Positions 39,255-48,626 of a stretch of DNA of 64,000 nucleotides are shown here, one piece after another. A program made the position numbers and the translations under genes. The stretch is from Candidatus Thorarchaeota archaeon. GTDB taxonomy: Archaea; Asgardarchaeota; Thorarchaeia; Thorarchaeales; Thorarchaeaceae. The stretch is taken from contig JAWOEX010000028.1 of the NCBI GenBank assembly GCA_046482545.1, positions 224,001-288,000 on the forward strand, read 5' to 3'. Positions within the stretch are counted from its first letter, which is position 1; the number at the start of each line of letters is the position of its first letter. Below the pieces are notes generated by a model. It saw only the letters and a program-made list of their open reading frames with translations, was not told the origin of the DNA and ran no database searches.

Positions 39255-40229
39255 CTAGTGAGTCAGGTGTTGCAAAAGTGAGATAGGTGAGTCTTCAAGT
39301 CCAACGCGATTCATGCGCTCAAGCACAAGTCTAACCTTGTCTCGCATATCTACTGGTACCGTAACCAAATTCTCCTCAGGACGTTCCTCAAGAATATGAA
39401 GAATCTTTTCTAGCGATGTTTTCTTCATGTCTTTACAGATTGCTTTCTCATTGGCTGCAACAATCACCTTATTGGGATAGTCGTCGCGAAGCTGTTCAAC
39501 CAATCCAACCTCGGTAGCAATTATGAAGGCTTTATCATCTGACTGAGAAACATATTCCGCCATCTTGCCAGTTGATCCCACAATATCTGCTATGTCCTGA
39601 ACGTCAGGTGGGCATTCAGGATGCACAAGGACAGTAGCTTCTGGATATTCCTCCCTGAGACGTTGAATGTCTTCCACATTGAATTCTTGGTGAACATAGC
39701 AGTGGCCCTCTGGAGCAATATCTATAATCTCTGTATGTGTTTGCGTTCGAGCGTATCTCGCCAGATTCACATCAGGACCAAAGAGTACTATTGGAGTCTG
39801 CAAGCTTTCAACAATATCTACCGCGTTGCTCGAAGTACAGATGACATCACATTCTGATTTTGTTTCGGCAGTGGTATTGACATATACAACCACGGGAGCA
39901 TCAGGATGTTGCTCTTTTGCCTCTCGAACTCGTTCAGCACCACAGAAACTTGCCAAAGGACATGTGGCATCCGGGTCGGGAATGTACACTGGGGTATCAT
40001 TCGCTAATACAGAAGCCATCTCAGCCATAAACCTAACACCAGCAAAAATTACCATGTCGTGACCGTTCACATCAGATGCGATTCTAGCTAGCTGCAGCGA
40101 ATCACCAACACGGTCTGCAATTTTCTGAACTTCCAATGGTTGATAATTGTGGGCGAGTATCAGTGCATTTCGCTGTTCTTTAAGGGTAAGAATTCGTTTC
40201 TTGATTGAGCTTCTCTGCTTATTCAACAC
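39255..40229 (-). CDS. nadA: Quinolinate synthase
   Basis: LAHNYQ, GVRFMAE, YVNT, CYVH, HPEC, CKDMKK. Confidence 0.95.
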   Translation of the reverse strand: MLNKQRSSIKKRILTLKEQRNALILAHNYQPLEVQKIADRVGDSLQLARIASDVNGHDMVIFAGVRFMAEMASVLANDTPVYIPDPDATCPLASFCGAERVREAKEQHPDAPVVVYVNTTAETKSECDVICTSSNAVDIVESLQTPIVLFGPDVNLARYARTQTHTEIIDIAPEGHCYVHQEFNVEDIQRLREEYPEATVLVHPECPPDVQDIADIVGSTGKMAEYVSQSDDKAFIIATEVGLVEQLRDDYPNKVIVAANEKAICKDMKKTSLEKILHILEERPEENLVTVPVDMRDKVRLVLERMNRVGLEDSPISLLQHLTH

Positions 40230-40411
40230 AATGCACCCATCTAATGAGAAGCAAACAGTATTTTAATAGAATCTCAATAGGCAAGCTTTGGCGGCGCTCA
40301 GCCATTGCGGCAAGAATTGCCACTAACTGTGAAGGTAATCCCTATTGGCGGCTCAGTTTCATTTAAGTGTGGTACTACGTAGAATAGGGTACAAATCAAG
40401 GAGGTCATACT

Positions 40412-41470
40412 ACGCGAATTGGTATCGTCGCAGGGAATGAAGCAAATATGCTGAATGATGCAAAAAGAGTGTACGAAGTACTCAAGGAGCGTCAGACCGA
40501 TATTGTTGTTGATCAAGACACAGGAAAACACATTGACGTAGAAGGCACTCCCTTGACCGAAATCGATGCTGACATTCTCACAATTGTCGGCGGTGACCGT
40601 GTTCTTCTGAGTGCTCTGCTTGAGCTCCGCGACAGTGAAATTCCCGTGTTACCACTCTCTTCAGCACGCGAGCCGGGTTTTCTTTTTGAGGCTGAGGCTT
40701 CCAGCTTTGACAGCTTGGTTTCTGATCTATTGGATGAGAAATGGACATTAGAAAAGCGAGCCAGGATACAGGCCGATATAGCAAGTGAAAGTACTCCACC
40801 AATTCTCAATGAATTGGCCATATTCGCTAGAAGAAGCGCAACCCTAGTTAGATATTCCCTCTATATCGATGGAGAGCTCTTTCTGAAAGACAGTAGTGAT
40901 GGCATTATCATGTCCACTGCGACAGGTAGTACAGCCTATTCAATGAGTGTCGGAGGTCCTGTCGTTCTAAATCCGGCTTCGGTGATATCGGTTGTGCCAG
41001 TAAACAGCGTCAACCCTGCTCAGCGACCTGTAGTTGTCCCTGACGATCAGAAAATCGAAATAAGGGACCTTAGCAGTCGAGTGACGGTAGAAGCAGTTCT
41101 TGACGGGCAGAAAAGATGCACAATAGATAGTGGGCCCGTTCTGATCCATCGTGCTGAAAAGGATGCATTGTTTGTCAAATTCTCAGAGGAGCGAGTTGCA
41201 GCCTTGAGAGGCAAGCTCAAACAGAAGACAGATTCATTTGAAGATTTAGCACAGGATCTTCCGCCAAGCGCTAAACTGGTGCTTAAGACATTGGAATACG
41301 AAGGAGAACTCACTCAGAAAGAAATCATAGAAGAAACCCTCCTTCCACCAAGAACTGTAAGGTATGCCCTTGCAATTCTCATATCCGACCGCATTGTTGA
41401 AAAACATGTTAGCTTAAGAGACAGTAGACAAAGCCTGTACAGAGTAACAGACAGAGTTGGCCTGACCTAA
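40412..41470 (+). CDS. NAD kinase fused to a C-terminal MarR-like wHTH; probable ACG start
   Basis: GGD, LNE, STATGSTAYSMSVGGP; C-terminal LPPSAKLVLKTLEYEGELTQKEI...RTVRYAL. In-frame ACG-RIGIVA lies 6 nt after GGAGGT. Confidence 0.88.
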   Translation, partial: TRIGIVAGNEANMLNDAKRVYEVLKERQTDIVVDQDTGKHIDVEGTPLTEIDADILTIVGGDRVLLSALLELRDSEIPVLPLSSAREPGFLFEAEASSFDSLVSDLLDEKWTLEKRARIQADIASESTPPILNELAIFARRSATLVRYSLYIDGELFLKDSSDGIIMSTATGSTAYSMSVGGPVVLNPASVISVVPVNSVNPAQRPVVVPDDQKIEIRDLSSRVTVEAVLDGQKRCTIDSGPVLIHRAEKDALFVKFSEERVAALRGKLKQKTDSFEDLAQDLPPSAKLVLKTLEYEGELTQKEIIEETLLPPRTVRYALAILISDRIVEKHVSLRDSRQSLYRVTDRVGLT

Positions 41471-41495
41471 TCCTTCCTTCAGTGTAGGTATAATC

Positions 41496-43634
41496 ATGAA
41501 CAAGACGACTATCCCCAAACCGGAAAACGATGTACTAGCAGCCTACTTTAACAGTGCGAAGAAGATTGCAGATTTTATCGTGGAGGAAAAAGCAATTGAC
41601 GAAACGCAGGGACCCCTTGGCAGAAGTATCCTGCTCATAGCGACCGAGATACTTGATGCAAGGGGTGATGAATATGAAACACCTCCTCATGTAGCAGATG
41701 TACGGGAGAATCTTGAACGGGTATTCAGGGATGCTAGTGATGGCATAGGAGTAGAGGAATACATTGATTGCGCTACGCTGATGCTTTACAGGCTCATTTT
41801 CGGTAAATACACGCACGAAGACTTCAGGTATCTGTACCGTTGGTCTTTATCCGAAATCCGGCAGCAGAATGCGATAGAAGAATGGCTCCGGAGGGCGCTA
41901 GTGGTCCTTCTCCTATGCTCAAAAGAAGAGAAGGAAGATCGAAATATTCTCGATAGTGTGAGGGACTGGATAGAATACCTAGGCGCTCCACTCTGGCATG
42001 CGACCCAGTTTGAGACCGTCCTTGAAGATTTCGGGCTGGACTCGTCTATCCTACAAGAAAGAGAGATGCAATTTGTTGATACCCTTCGACGGCATTCACA
42101 GTACCTCAGAGAAGCAATAGAAGGGAAATCGTATCGTGAAGTGCGAGAAGCTACCAAGAGATGGCTTCCAGGTCGTCTATCTCAGAAGGTTTTTGACATA
42201 TACAAACAGACGGTTGTGCAGGCTGCTAGTGAAAGGATCTCTCGTGGTATGAAGATAAAGGAGGTAAGAAATGAGCTTGAAGGAATCATGCGAGAGCATG
42301 GTTTCCTGTCTGAGGGAGGAACACTTCTACCAGTGAAATTAGAGATTCTTGATTCGCCACCTACTCCAAGTGCAATAGATACTAAGACGCTTGAACTTAT
42401 TCCGCAAGAACTACAGATTGATTTGCTACCCACTATTGCGTATTCAGAGCCAACCGATAAGATAGAAATCTTGTTTCTAGGAGGGCCTCATATTGGTAGA
42501 AGTGGGATTCTCATCAAAACCAAAAATGGTGGGGTTCTGTTTGATTTCGGGCTCTCCGTAGCAAATCAGCGAATCCCCCAATGGGTTCCAGAGCTGGAAA
42601 TGATTGATAACGTTCTCATTACTCACGCTCACCTAGATCACGTCGGTGGACTGCCAATTCTATATGATCGCTATGATGGAAAGTGGTGCTCAGTAGGTCC
42701 AACTGCTGCAATATCTTTGTCCCTTCTGGAGGATGCTCTGAAAGTGGGCACCCCTACACCACCGCGGGGGAATGAACCATTGGAAAGAGTTTCACGATTT
42801 ACAAAGCGCAATATCGAGAAAGTCAGACAGAACTATATCCGACTTGAATCCGGCAAGAGCTATGAAGTTGGACCCGGTATCGTCGTGACCCCGATTGAAG
42901 CCTGCCATATCCATGGCAGTGTGGCGTATCTGATAGACATAGAAGGCAAGAAAATCCTATACACAGGAGACTTCAACCTTGACAAGAGCCTGCTCTTTCG
43001 GGGAGCAAACTTGCCCACAGATGCTGATGTAACCATTTTCGACGGCACATATTGGGGCAGAGAAGACTTCGATAGAGACAAGGTGAAGGAGCAAGTATCC
43101 GCTGCTACAAGGGAGTATGGACCTGTAATTATCCCGGCCTTTGCGGTTGGTCGAAGCCAAGAGATGCTGGTGCTATTGGAAGAACTGAAAATTACCGAAT
43201 CTCGTAATGTCATGGTTGCAGGACTTGCCGAATACATAACGAAGCTGTTGGGAGTTGAAGGAAATTGGCATGGAATGAAAAAGAACAAGTTGCATCTCGA
43301 CAAAGATGATATTCTTGTAGCTGGTAATGGGATGATGGCTGGGGGGTTGGCAAAAGCACATTTCAGAGAACATCGGAGAAATGAAGATGCTGCAGTGATT
43401 CTCTGCGGGTATTTGGCTCCCCGAACACCGGGCTGGAATCTCCTAAATGGTTTTGAACCCCACGACTGTCATGTAGAATATGCTAGATTAAGTGCACACA
43501 CTTCCGCTTCAAATCTTGAGGGTTATGTTAAAGATTGCTCGGGAAAGAAAATCATGGTGCATACACCGATAGAGAAATCTCCCCATGGAGTCCTTTGTCC
43601 AGGTTACAAGGAGCGAATAACACTAGACGTGTGA
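41496..43634 (+). CDS. Beta-CASP metallo-beta-lactamase nuclease with a ~320-aa helical N-terminal extension
   Basis: IGRSG, DFG, THAHLDH, CHIHG, YTGD, PAFAVGRSQE, LSAH. Confidence 0.88.
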   Translation: MNKTTIPKPENDVLAAYFNSAKKIADFIVEEKAIDETQGPLGRSILLIATEILDARGDEYETPPHVADVRENLERVFRDASDGIGVEEYIDCATLMLYRLIFGKYTHEDFRYLYRWSLSEIRQQNAIEEWLRRALVVLLLCSKEEKEDRNILDSVRDWIEYLGAPLWHATQFETVLEDFGLDSSILQEREMQFVDTLRRHSQYLREAIEGKSYREVREATKRWLPGRLSQKVFDIYKQTVVQAASERISRGMKIKEVRNELEGIMREHGFLSEGGTLLPVKLEILDSPPTPSAIDTKTLELIPQELQIDLLPTIAYSEPTDKIEILFLGGPHIGRSGILIKTKNGGVLFDFGLSVANQRIPQWVPELEMIDNVLITHAHLDHVGGLPILYDRYDGKWCSVGPTAAISLSLLEDALKVGTPTPPRGNEPLERVSRFTKRNIEKVRQNYIRLESGKSYEVGPGIVVTPIEACHIHGSVAYLIDIEGKKILYTGDFNLDKSLLFRGANLPTDADVTIFDGTYWGREDFDRDKVKEQVSAATREYGPVIIPAFAVGRSQEMLVLLEELKITESRNVMVAGLAEYITKLLGVEGNWHGMKKNKLHLDKDDILVAGNGMMAGGLAKAHFREHRRNEDAAVILCGYLAPRTPGWNLLNGFEPHDCHVEYARLSAHTSASNLEGYVKDCSGKKIMVHTPIEKSPHGVLCPGYKERITLDV

Positions 43635-43644
43635 AAAACATCCG

Positions 43645-45612
43645 CTAGGCAATAATTTCCAGTGTGCCACTTAAAACAAGCTTCTGAGCTACGAATTTGA
43701 GCGGGCTTAAATTGACGTTCAGTCCATCCACGATTTCATTTAGTGGTGTCTTACCATCACAGCGGCTGACAAATCTCTCTATGAATTCACGACCGTACGG
43801 CGAATCCTTTGGTGGCTCTCCCGCCTTTGCGAGAATAGTATCCTCGGATATCTCTACTTTGAAGTCAATCCAATCATACGCTGCCAGTATCTGTAGAGCT
43901 CCCATAACAATCTCTCTCGGAAGATCCAGACTCCGTACTATTCCGCCAACTGTTGAGACCCCATCGATAGCCTCAGTCACTTTAACGATTGCTCTGCCAA
44001 CTTCCCGGTTATCGAATGGTATCCGTTTTCCTGCTTCTCGTGATCTGGCGATGTAATCCAAGCTGAGAGGGCGGAGGGGTAATTCAGACAATACAGTGAA
44101 TACGGACTCTTCGAAATCTTTCAAATCGATGTTCTCCGCACCCCATGCTTCTTCGAACATCTCTTCTATATCCAGTAGCACAGAAGCCATCTTCTGCCGT
44201 TGGGACGCCTCTTCTTTCTCATTGGTGACAACGGTTGCTAATAGGAAATGGTCAGATTTCTCAATGAAAACATGGTTCCCCTCATGCTCAATAGTCTCCA
44301 GAGTATCAGTTCTTCCCGACTCTTCCGCAGATGGCTGAGTAATGGAGCCAAGAGAATCGAGGGCTGATATGAGAGAACTAATGCTGGTCGAGTCGATTTC
44401 CTCCTCAGTGTATCTCAGACTATAAACTGGCTTTAGAACTCCGTGGTCTTCATATATGAGAACCGTATGCAGAATTTCTGTTTTCTTGTCTTCTGCTTCT
44501 TGTTTCTTTTCTTCGGCTGCATGTTTAGGTGTTTGTTCAGCCTCAGAAGCAACAGTCTTCCGCTTAGTATCAGCAACTGTATTTCCTGAATTGCCAGCTG
44601 GTGTTACCTCGGCGTTAGGTTCTGTGTTCATGTAGGGCTCTGATATCCATTCAGATTCAGTATCCGGCGCTACATCAGTTCCTGGACGAGACTCAAATGG
44701 ATCATCGATTTCTTCTGACCCTTTCCGAACGGTTATCATTTCACTGATTGGTCTCTCTGGCAGATTCACTCCTACGGTTTTTGCTGACACCTTGAGCATA
44801 AAGCGGATGAATTCCTCCCGCCGAGTCTTATCTGTGGCTACCATGGGGAATGTGGGTGCTCCAACCAACCTCTTGATTTTATCAGCCCGCATCGATTCAG
44901 GAAGGTCTTGCTTATTCGCAATGATGAACAAAGGAACTGCAGGAGCTTCCTTCTTGATGCTACGTAAGAGGGTTTTCGTCTGCATCACGTTTCTGAAACT
45001 GCTGTCGCTGATAAGGAATATTACGTCGGTACCCTGGAAATAGAAGCTCCAGAGATCCTGAAAAACAGCCTGTCCAGCGAAATCCCAAATGGTCACCAAG
45101 AAGGTACCGAATTGGATGGTCTCTGATGAATCAACAGCAACGTTGATGGTAGGTACATAGCCTCCTGGTGCTGGCTCCTTTCCGAACAGTAGCCTAAGCA
45201 AAGTAGTCTTGCCGACACCACCCGACCCCACAAAGGACACTTTGAAGCGAGTGAAAATCAGTTCTCCCAGCAAATCATCTAGATTATCCCTGATGTAACT
45301 GATGCGATTACCTCTGAAAGCGGTTTCAAGTCGGGCTGCACCTTCCCGTACTTTGTGTTTGATAGTACGATCTTCATCTCTTCCATCCGTAGCAAACAGC
45401 AGAAGTCGGCCGCCTTCTATCGGAGAATGGAATACCTTGTGGTCGCCCGCATAGACAGGGGTATCTTTCGCCAGACCTTCAGTCTCTTCGAGGTCATCTA
45501 GACCTGCAAGGAATTCTGAGATATGGTCATCCGTGAAGTCTATCTTCCAGAAGCGGGTGTGTGCCAACACCTCTGCTGACTCCCGGTCGATGACAAGCAC
45601 ATTATGAATCAA
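43645..45612 (-). CDS. Longin-like + Arf-like small GTPase + longin-like + tandem wHTH protein
   Basis: G1 GSGGVGKT, G2 PTI, G3 WDFAGQ, G4 ANKQDLP; acidic linker; C-terminal IDG/CDG...L..G wHTH repeats. Confidence 0.85.
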   Translation of the reverse strand: MIHNVLVIDRESAEVLAHTRFWKIDFTDDHISEFLAGLDDLEETEGLAKDTPVYAGDHKVFHSPIEGGRLLLFATDGRDEDRTIKHKVREGAARLETAFRGNRISYIRDNLDDLLGELIFTRFKVSFVGSGGVGKTTLLRLLFGKEPAPGGYVPTINVAVDSSETIQFGTFLVTIWDFAGQAVFQDLWSFYFQGTDVIFLISDSSFRNVMQTKTLLRSIKKEAPAVPLFIIANKQDLPESMRADKIKRLVGAPTFPMVATDKTRREEFIRFMLKVSAKTVGVNLPERPISEMITVRKGSEEIDDPFESRPGTDVAPDTESEWISEPYMNTEPNAEVTPAGNSGNTVADTKRKTVASEAEQTPKHAAEEKKQEAEDKKTEILHTVLIYEDHGVLKPVYSLRYTEEEIDSTSISSLISALDSLGSITQPSAEESGRTDTLETIEHEGNHVFIEKSDHFLLATVVTNEKEEASQRQKMASVLLDIEEMFEEAWGAENIDLKDFEESVFTVLSELPLRPLSLDYIARSREAGKRIPFDNREVGRAIVKVTEAIDGVSTVGGIVRSLDLPREIVMGALQILAAYDWIDFKVEISEDTILAKAGEPPKDSPYGREFIERFVSRCDGKTPLNEIVDGLNVNLSPLKFVAQKLVLSGTLEIIA

Positions 45613-45703
45613 ATATCCCAGCTCCCTATGGCATCAAAAATTTTCTTTCTTTGTGTTCAAATTGTTTATCTTCATTTATATCTATGAACGTTTTGGAGGC
45701 GCA

Positions 45704-47443
45704 TTATTCTCTGAAATCAACATAGCCTCGGGCATACATCTGCTTGAAGACATGCGTAACTATACTGATTTCAATCTTTGTAGTGTCAGCTATCGTCGAT
45801 AATGAACGCACCCCATCAATCATCTCTAATATTTCTCGCAGTTCATTGTACTGTTTCATAAAGTCATCATGAGGCTCGTGTAATAAGACTGGAATGTCTT
45901 CATCGTAAATTCTGAGCTCCGTATCAATGGCGCCCATTCTCCTGAGGAAATATAGCCCACCCAGTGTCATTTTGGACTCACTGCCCATGGTAATATCGCC
46001 CAAATCAGCTTCACTGTTGATGCTATCCCAGACAGCATGCAAGAAATCCTTCATCATCGGAAAACGAAAACGGTCCCAATCTGGTTCCTTAGATCTGATG
46101 GGGACTTCTCGCGATGGCCACGAATAGGGGGGGATAGTCGCAAGCAGCTTCAGTGTGAAAGGTGGATGGGCGTACAAATCTCCCGGATTTGGTAGTGGAG
46201 GGGGAGGGTTTTCAAGATATAACGCAGGGAGTTTTCTAAACCTAGACCTGATGTCCTCTAGGTCTTGATCCAGTCCAGTAATGAGCGTGAATAGTAGGTT
46301 CTCCTGTTCGACGATTGCGTATCCTTGCAGCCCCGTTCGAATTACAAAGGTCTCTGCTGAGTCCTGATCAAGACGAAATGTAGAAATCGCTGCTATGACG
46401 TTTGGAGCCCTTTGATGTTCTGTATTCTCTTCATAAAGGTAGGCATAGAGTGTCTCTGCCACATCTTTGTCGATAACCAAGAACTCTTGATGACCTTCCA
46501 TGTCCGAGTCAGGCACACTCGTCTCATCTGGTTTCGATTCTGGTTCTAGCGATTCTATTCTCCATCGCGCCATAGCCAATTCTGGATGCATATCAATGAA
46601 ACCAGCAATTGCCATTACGGAAAGAAGCAAAGCAAGAGGCTCCTCCGAGACTGAATCACAAAGCATGAGCTCATACTTTTCTTCAAACTCTCGGCAGGTT
46701 TGCAGTTCTTTGTCACTACCAGGAACAATCAATATCGGAACCGAAAGTTCTGAATAAATCTCCTCAGCAAGACGCTCTACTCTTTCTTCCTTTATATCAG
46801 ACGAAGAAAAAACAATTGAGACAACATCGATGCTGTTCAGTTCGGTTTGAGACAATCCACCAAGGGCATCAATAGGGTCTAGAATCTTGCATTGGACCCT
46901 ATACGGACCAATGTTAAAGGGCAGAGTGGAGATTGGCTCTTGGCATGGCTTCAGATCAATGATTTTGGAAAGTGCCGTTCCTGTTTTGTTCTGGAATGCA
47001 GGATTCTTACTGGAGAAAAAGACAAGTAGAATATCCTTCAAGAGAAATCTATCTGCCAACTGAGTAAGGATTTGCTGCGGTTCGAAACTTGTTTTCTCAT
47101 GATATCGTTTAGCGAGCTTTTTACCCAGACTCCTTATCCGCTCAAGCTCATCTTCATCTGCGGGTTCTTTTTTTGCAAGACAGACGAGTACCACGTTTTC
47201 CTTCAGTGGACTGACATAGGCTACACGAGAATCGATAGTAGTAACAAACGGAATATCAGGATTGTAGTCCTCATAGACTTCGTAGAACTGGCCTAGAATG
47301 TCATCTAGCGAATCCTTTTCGATCCTTTCTTCCACATAAGAAACCTCAGCCAGTACTTGCAGGTTTCTCAAGTCTAGAAGCTGAACGCTTTGTAACACCA
47401 CGGCTCTCCTAACTCCAGCTGGTAACACGGACAATTTAAGCAA
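45704..47443 (-). CDS. Probable paralog of the adjacent GTPase fusion with a degenerate (pseudo-)GTPase domain
   Basis: Similar domain order by eye. G-motifs are eroded (NKTGT; IGPY..CKILD). C-terminal MIDGVRSL...QMYARGYV wHTH. The real start may be GTG near 47400. Confidence 0.65.
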   Translation of the reverse strand: MLKLSVLPAGVRRAVVLQSVQLLDLRNLQVLAEVSYVEERIEKDSLDDILGQFYEVYEDYNPDIPFVTTIDSRVAYVSPLKENVVLVCLAKKEPADEDELERIRSLGKKLAKRYHEKTSFEPQQILTQLADRFLLKDILLVFFSSKNPAFQNKTGTALSKIIDLKPCQEPISTLPFNIGPYRVQCKILDPIDALGGLSQTELNSIDVVSIVFSSSDIKEERVERLAEEIYSELSVPILIVPGSDKELQTCREFEEKYELMLCDSVSEEPLALLLSVMAIAGFIDMHPELAMARWRIESLEPESKPDETSVPDSDMEGHQEFLVIDKDVAETLYAYLYEENTEHQRAPNVIAAISTFRLDQDSAETFVIRTGLQGYAIVEQENLLFTLITGLDQDLEDIRSRFRKLPALYLENPPPPLPNPGDLYAHPPFTLKLLATIPPYSWPSREVPIRSKEPDWDRFRFPMMKDFLHAVWDSINSEADLGDITMGSESKMTLGGLYFLRRMGAIDTELRIYDEDIPVLLHEPHDDFMKQYNELREILEMIDGVRSLSTIADTTKIEISIVTHVFKQMYARGYVDFRE

Positions 47444-47601
47444 TTTCTGTCTGTAGAGAGCGGATCTCCTTTCTACCTGGCATCTAAAAGTAACACTTGA
47501 AGAAAAATCTCATGCAAGGAAGTGCACGGATTATGTTCATCGAGGGTGTAAATGGGGACTCGGTTTTTTGTATTTGTATCTTAACAATTCATCTCAATCA
47601 C

Positions 47602-48258
47602 TTAGAAACTCCAACCTCTCTTTCTGTCTACTACGTTCCAAATACACTTTGCAAGCCCTTTCGACATATTCACCGGGTAGTCATCCTCATGCAGGAATTT
47701 TCCCCGTGGAGCAGATGCTTCGGATGTATCATTGCACGTATGAATATCGATACCAACTTCCTTGAGAGCCGCTTCGACCTGACCGAATTCCTCTCGTGAA
47801 CAGCGTGTTCCAAATCCAAGGGCATCCAGTACTCTGAATCCATAAGCTGTCAGCCAGAGGGTTTTGAGATTGATATCAGGACCAGCTGTGTAAACAACTA
47901 CGCGTTCCATTTCTTGTCGACGTAGGTCGAGAATGGCATCGGCATGGCGTATGATATCCGGTCTATCCAACATTCTGTCAAGGTCAAATCTGATAGTTGT
48001 GCCACCATTTGCAATCTGTTTTCTCCACCAATTTAGCACTAGCTCCTTGATTCGGTTTTGTGACTCTCCAGACTGTATTCTGTCGAAGATGATATCCGGA
48101 GGAATATCGATGAGACCTATACCACCAATTCCCAGTATCTTGGGCACATGTTGCATAAGGCGATAGTATCTCCATGCGGGCTCGTAGTACCTTATCTTGG
48201 CAACCCGCTTTCGTAGGCGGTGAAGACTATAGAATGTACTCGAAGACGCTATTCTCAT
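47602..48258 (-). CDS. Hypothetical protein
   Basis: 218-aa ORF with ATG start downstream of a TTTATTA element. Confidence 0.7.
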   Translation of the reverse strand: MRIASSSTFYSLHRLRKRVAKIRYYEPAWRYYRLMQHVPKILGIGGIGLIDIPPDIIFDRIQSGESQNRIKELVLNWWRKQIANGGTTIRFDLDRMLDRPDIIRHADAILDLRRQEMERVVVYTAGPDINLKTLWLTAYGFRVLDALGFGTRCSREEFGQVEAALKEVGIDIHTCNDTSEASAPRGKFLHEDDYPVNMSKGLAKCIWNVVDRKRGWSF

Positions 48259-48417
48259 CTAGTGGTCATTCTTCAGACCTGATAATAAATTCCGCTCATT
48301 ATTGTCATCTGTATCTTAGACACACTGCAACTATCATCTGTTATAGTCCGTGAAACATCGTAGGAAGAGATAGAAAATTCAACGAGTTGAAGCCTTTCAA
48401 AAACGGTTAGCAGGTTA

Positions 48418-48494
48418 TGGAGCCGGCGTTGGGATTTGCACCCAAGTAGAACAGCTTTGCAGGCTGTCGCGTATGACTACTCCGCCACGCCGGC
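48418..48494 (-). tRNA. tRNA-Cys(GCA), CCA encoded, no intron
   Basis: GCCGGCG acceptor stem, ACAGC-CTGCAAA-GCTGT anticodon arm, TTGGG-TGCAAAT-CCCAA T arm, U discriminator followed by CCA. Confidence 0.96.
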
Positions 48495-48626
48495 GTATCT
48501 ATTGAACACAACCTCGAAGCGGACTGTTGATACTCCGATTTTAAGGATATCGGCAAAAATCACCGACATATGCCTTCCTCTTTCGGTCTGATAGATGGTT
48601 CTGATTTTGTGATTATTAGTGATACG

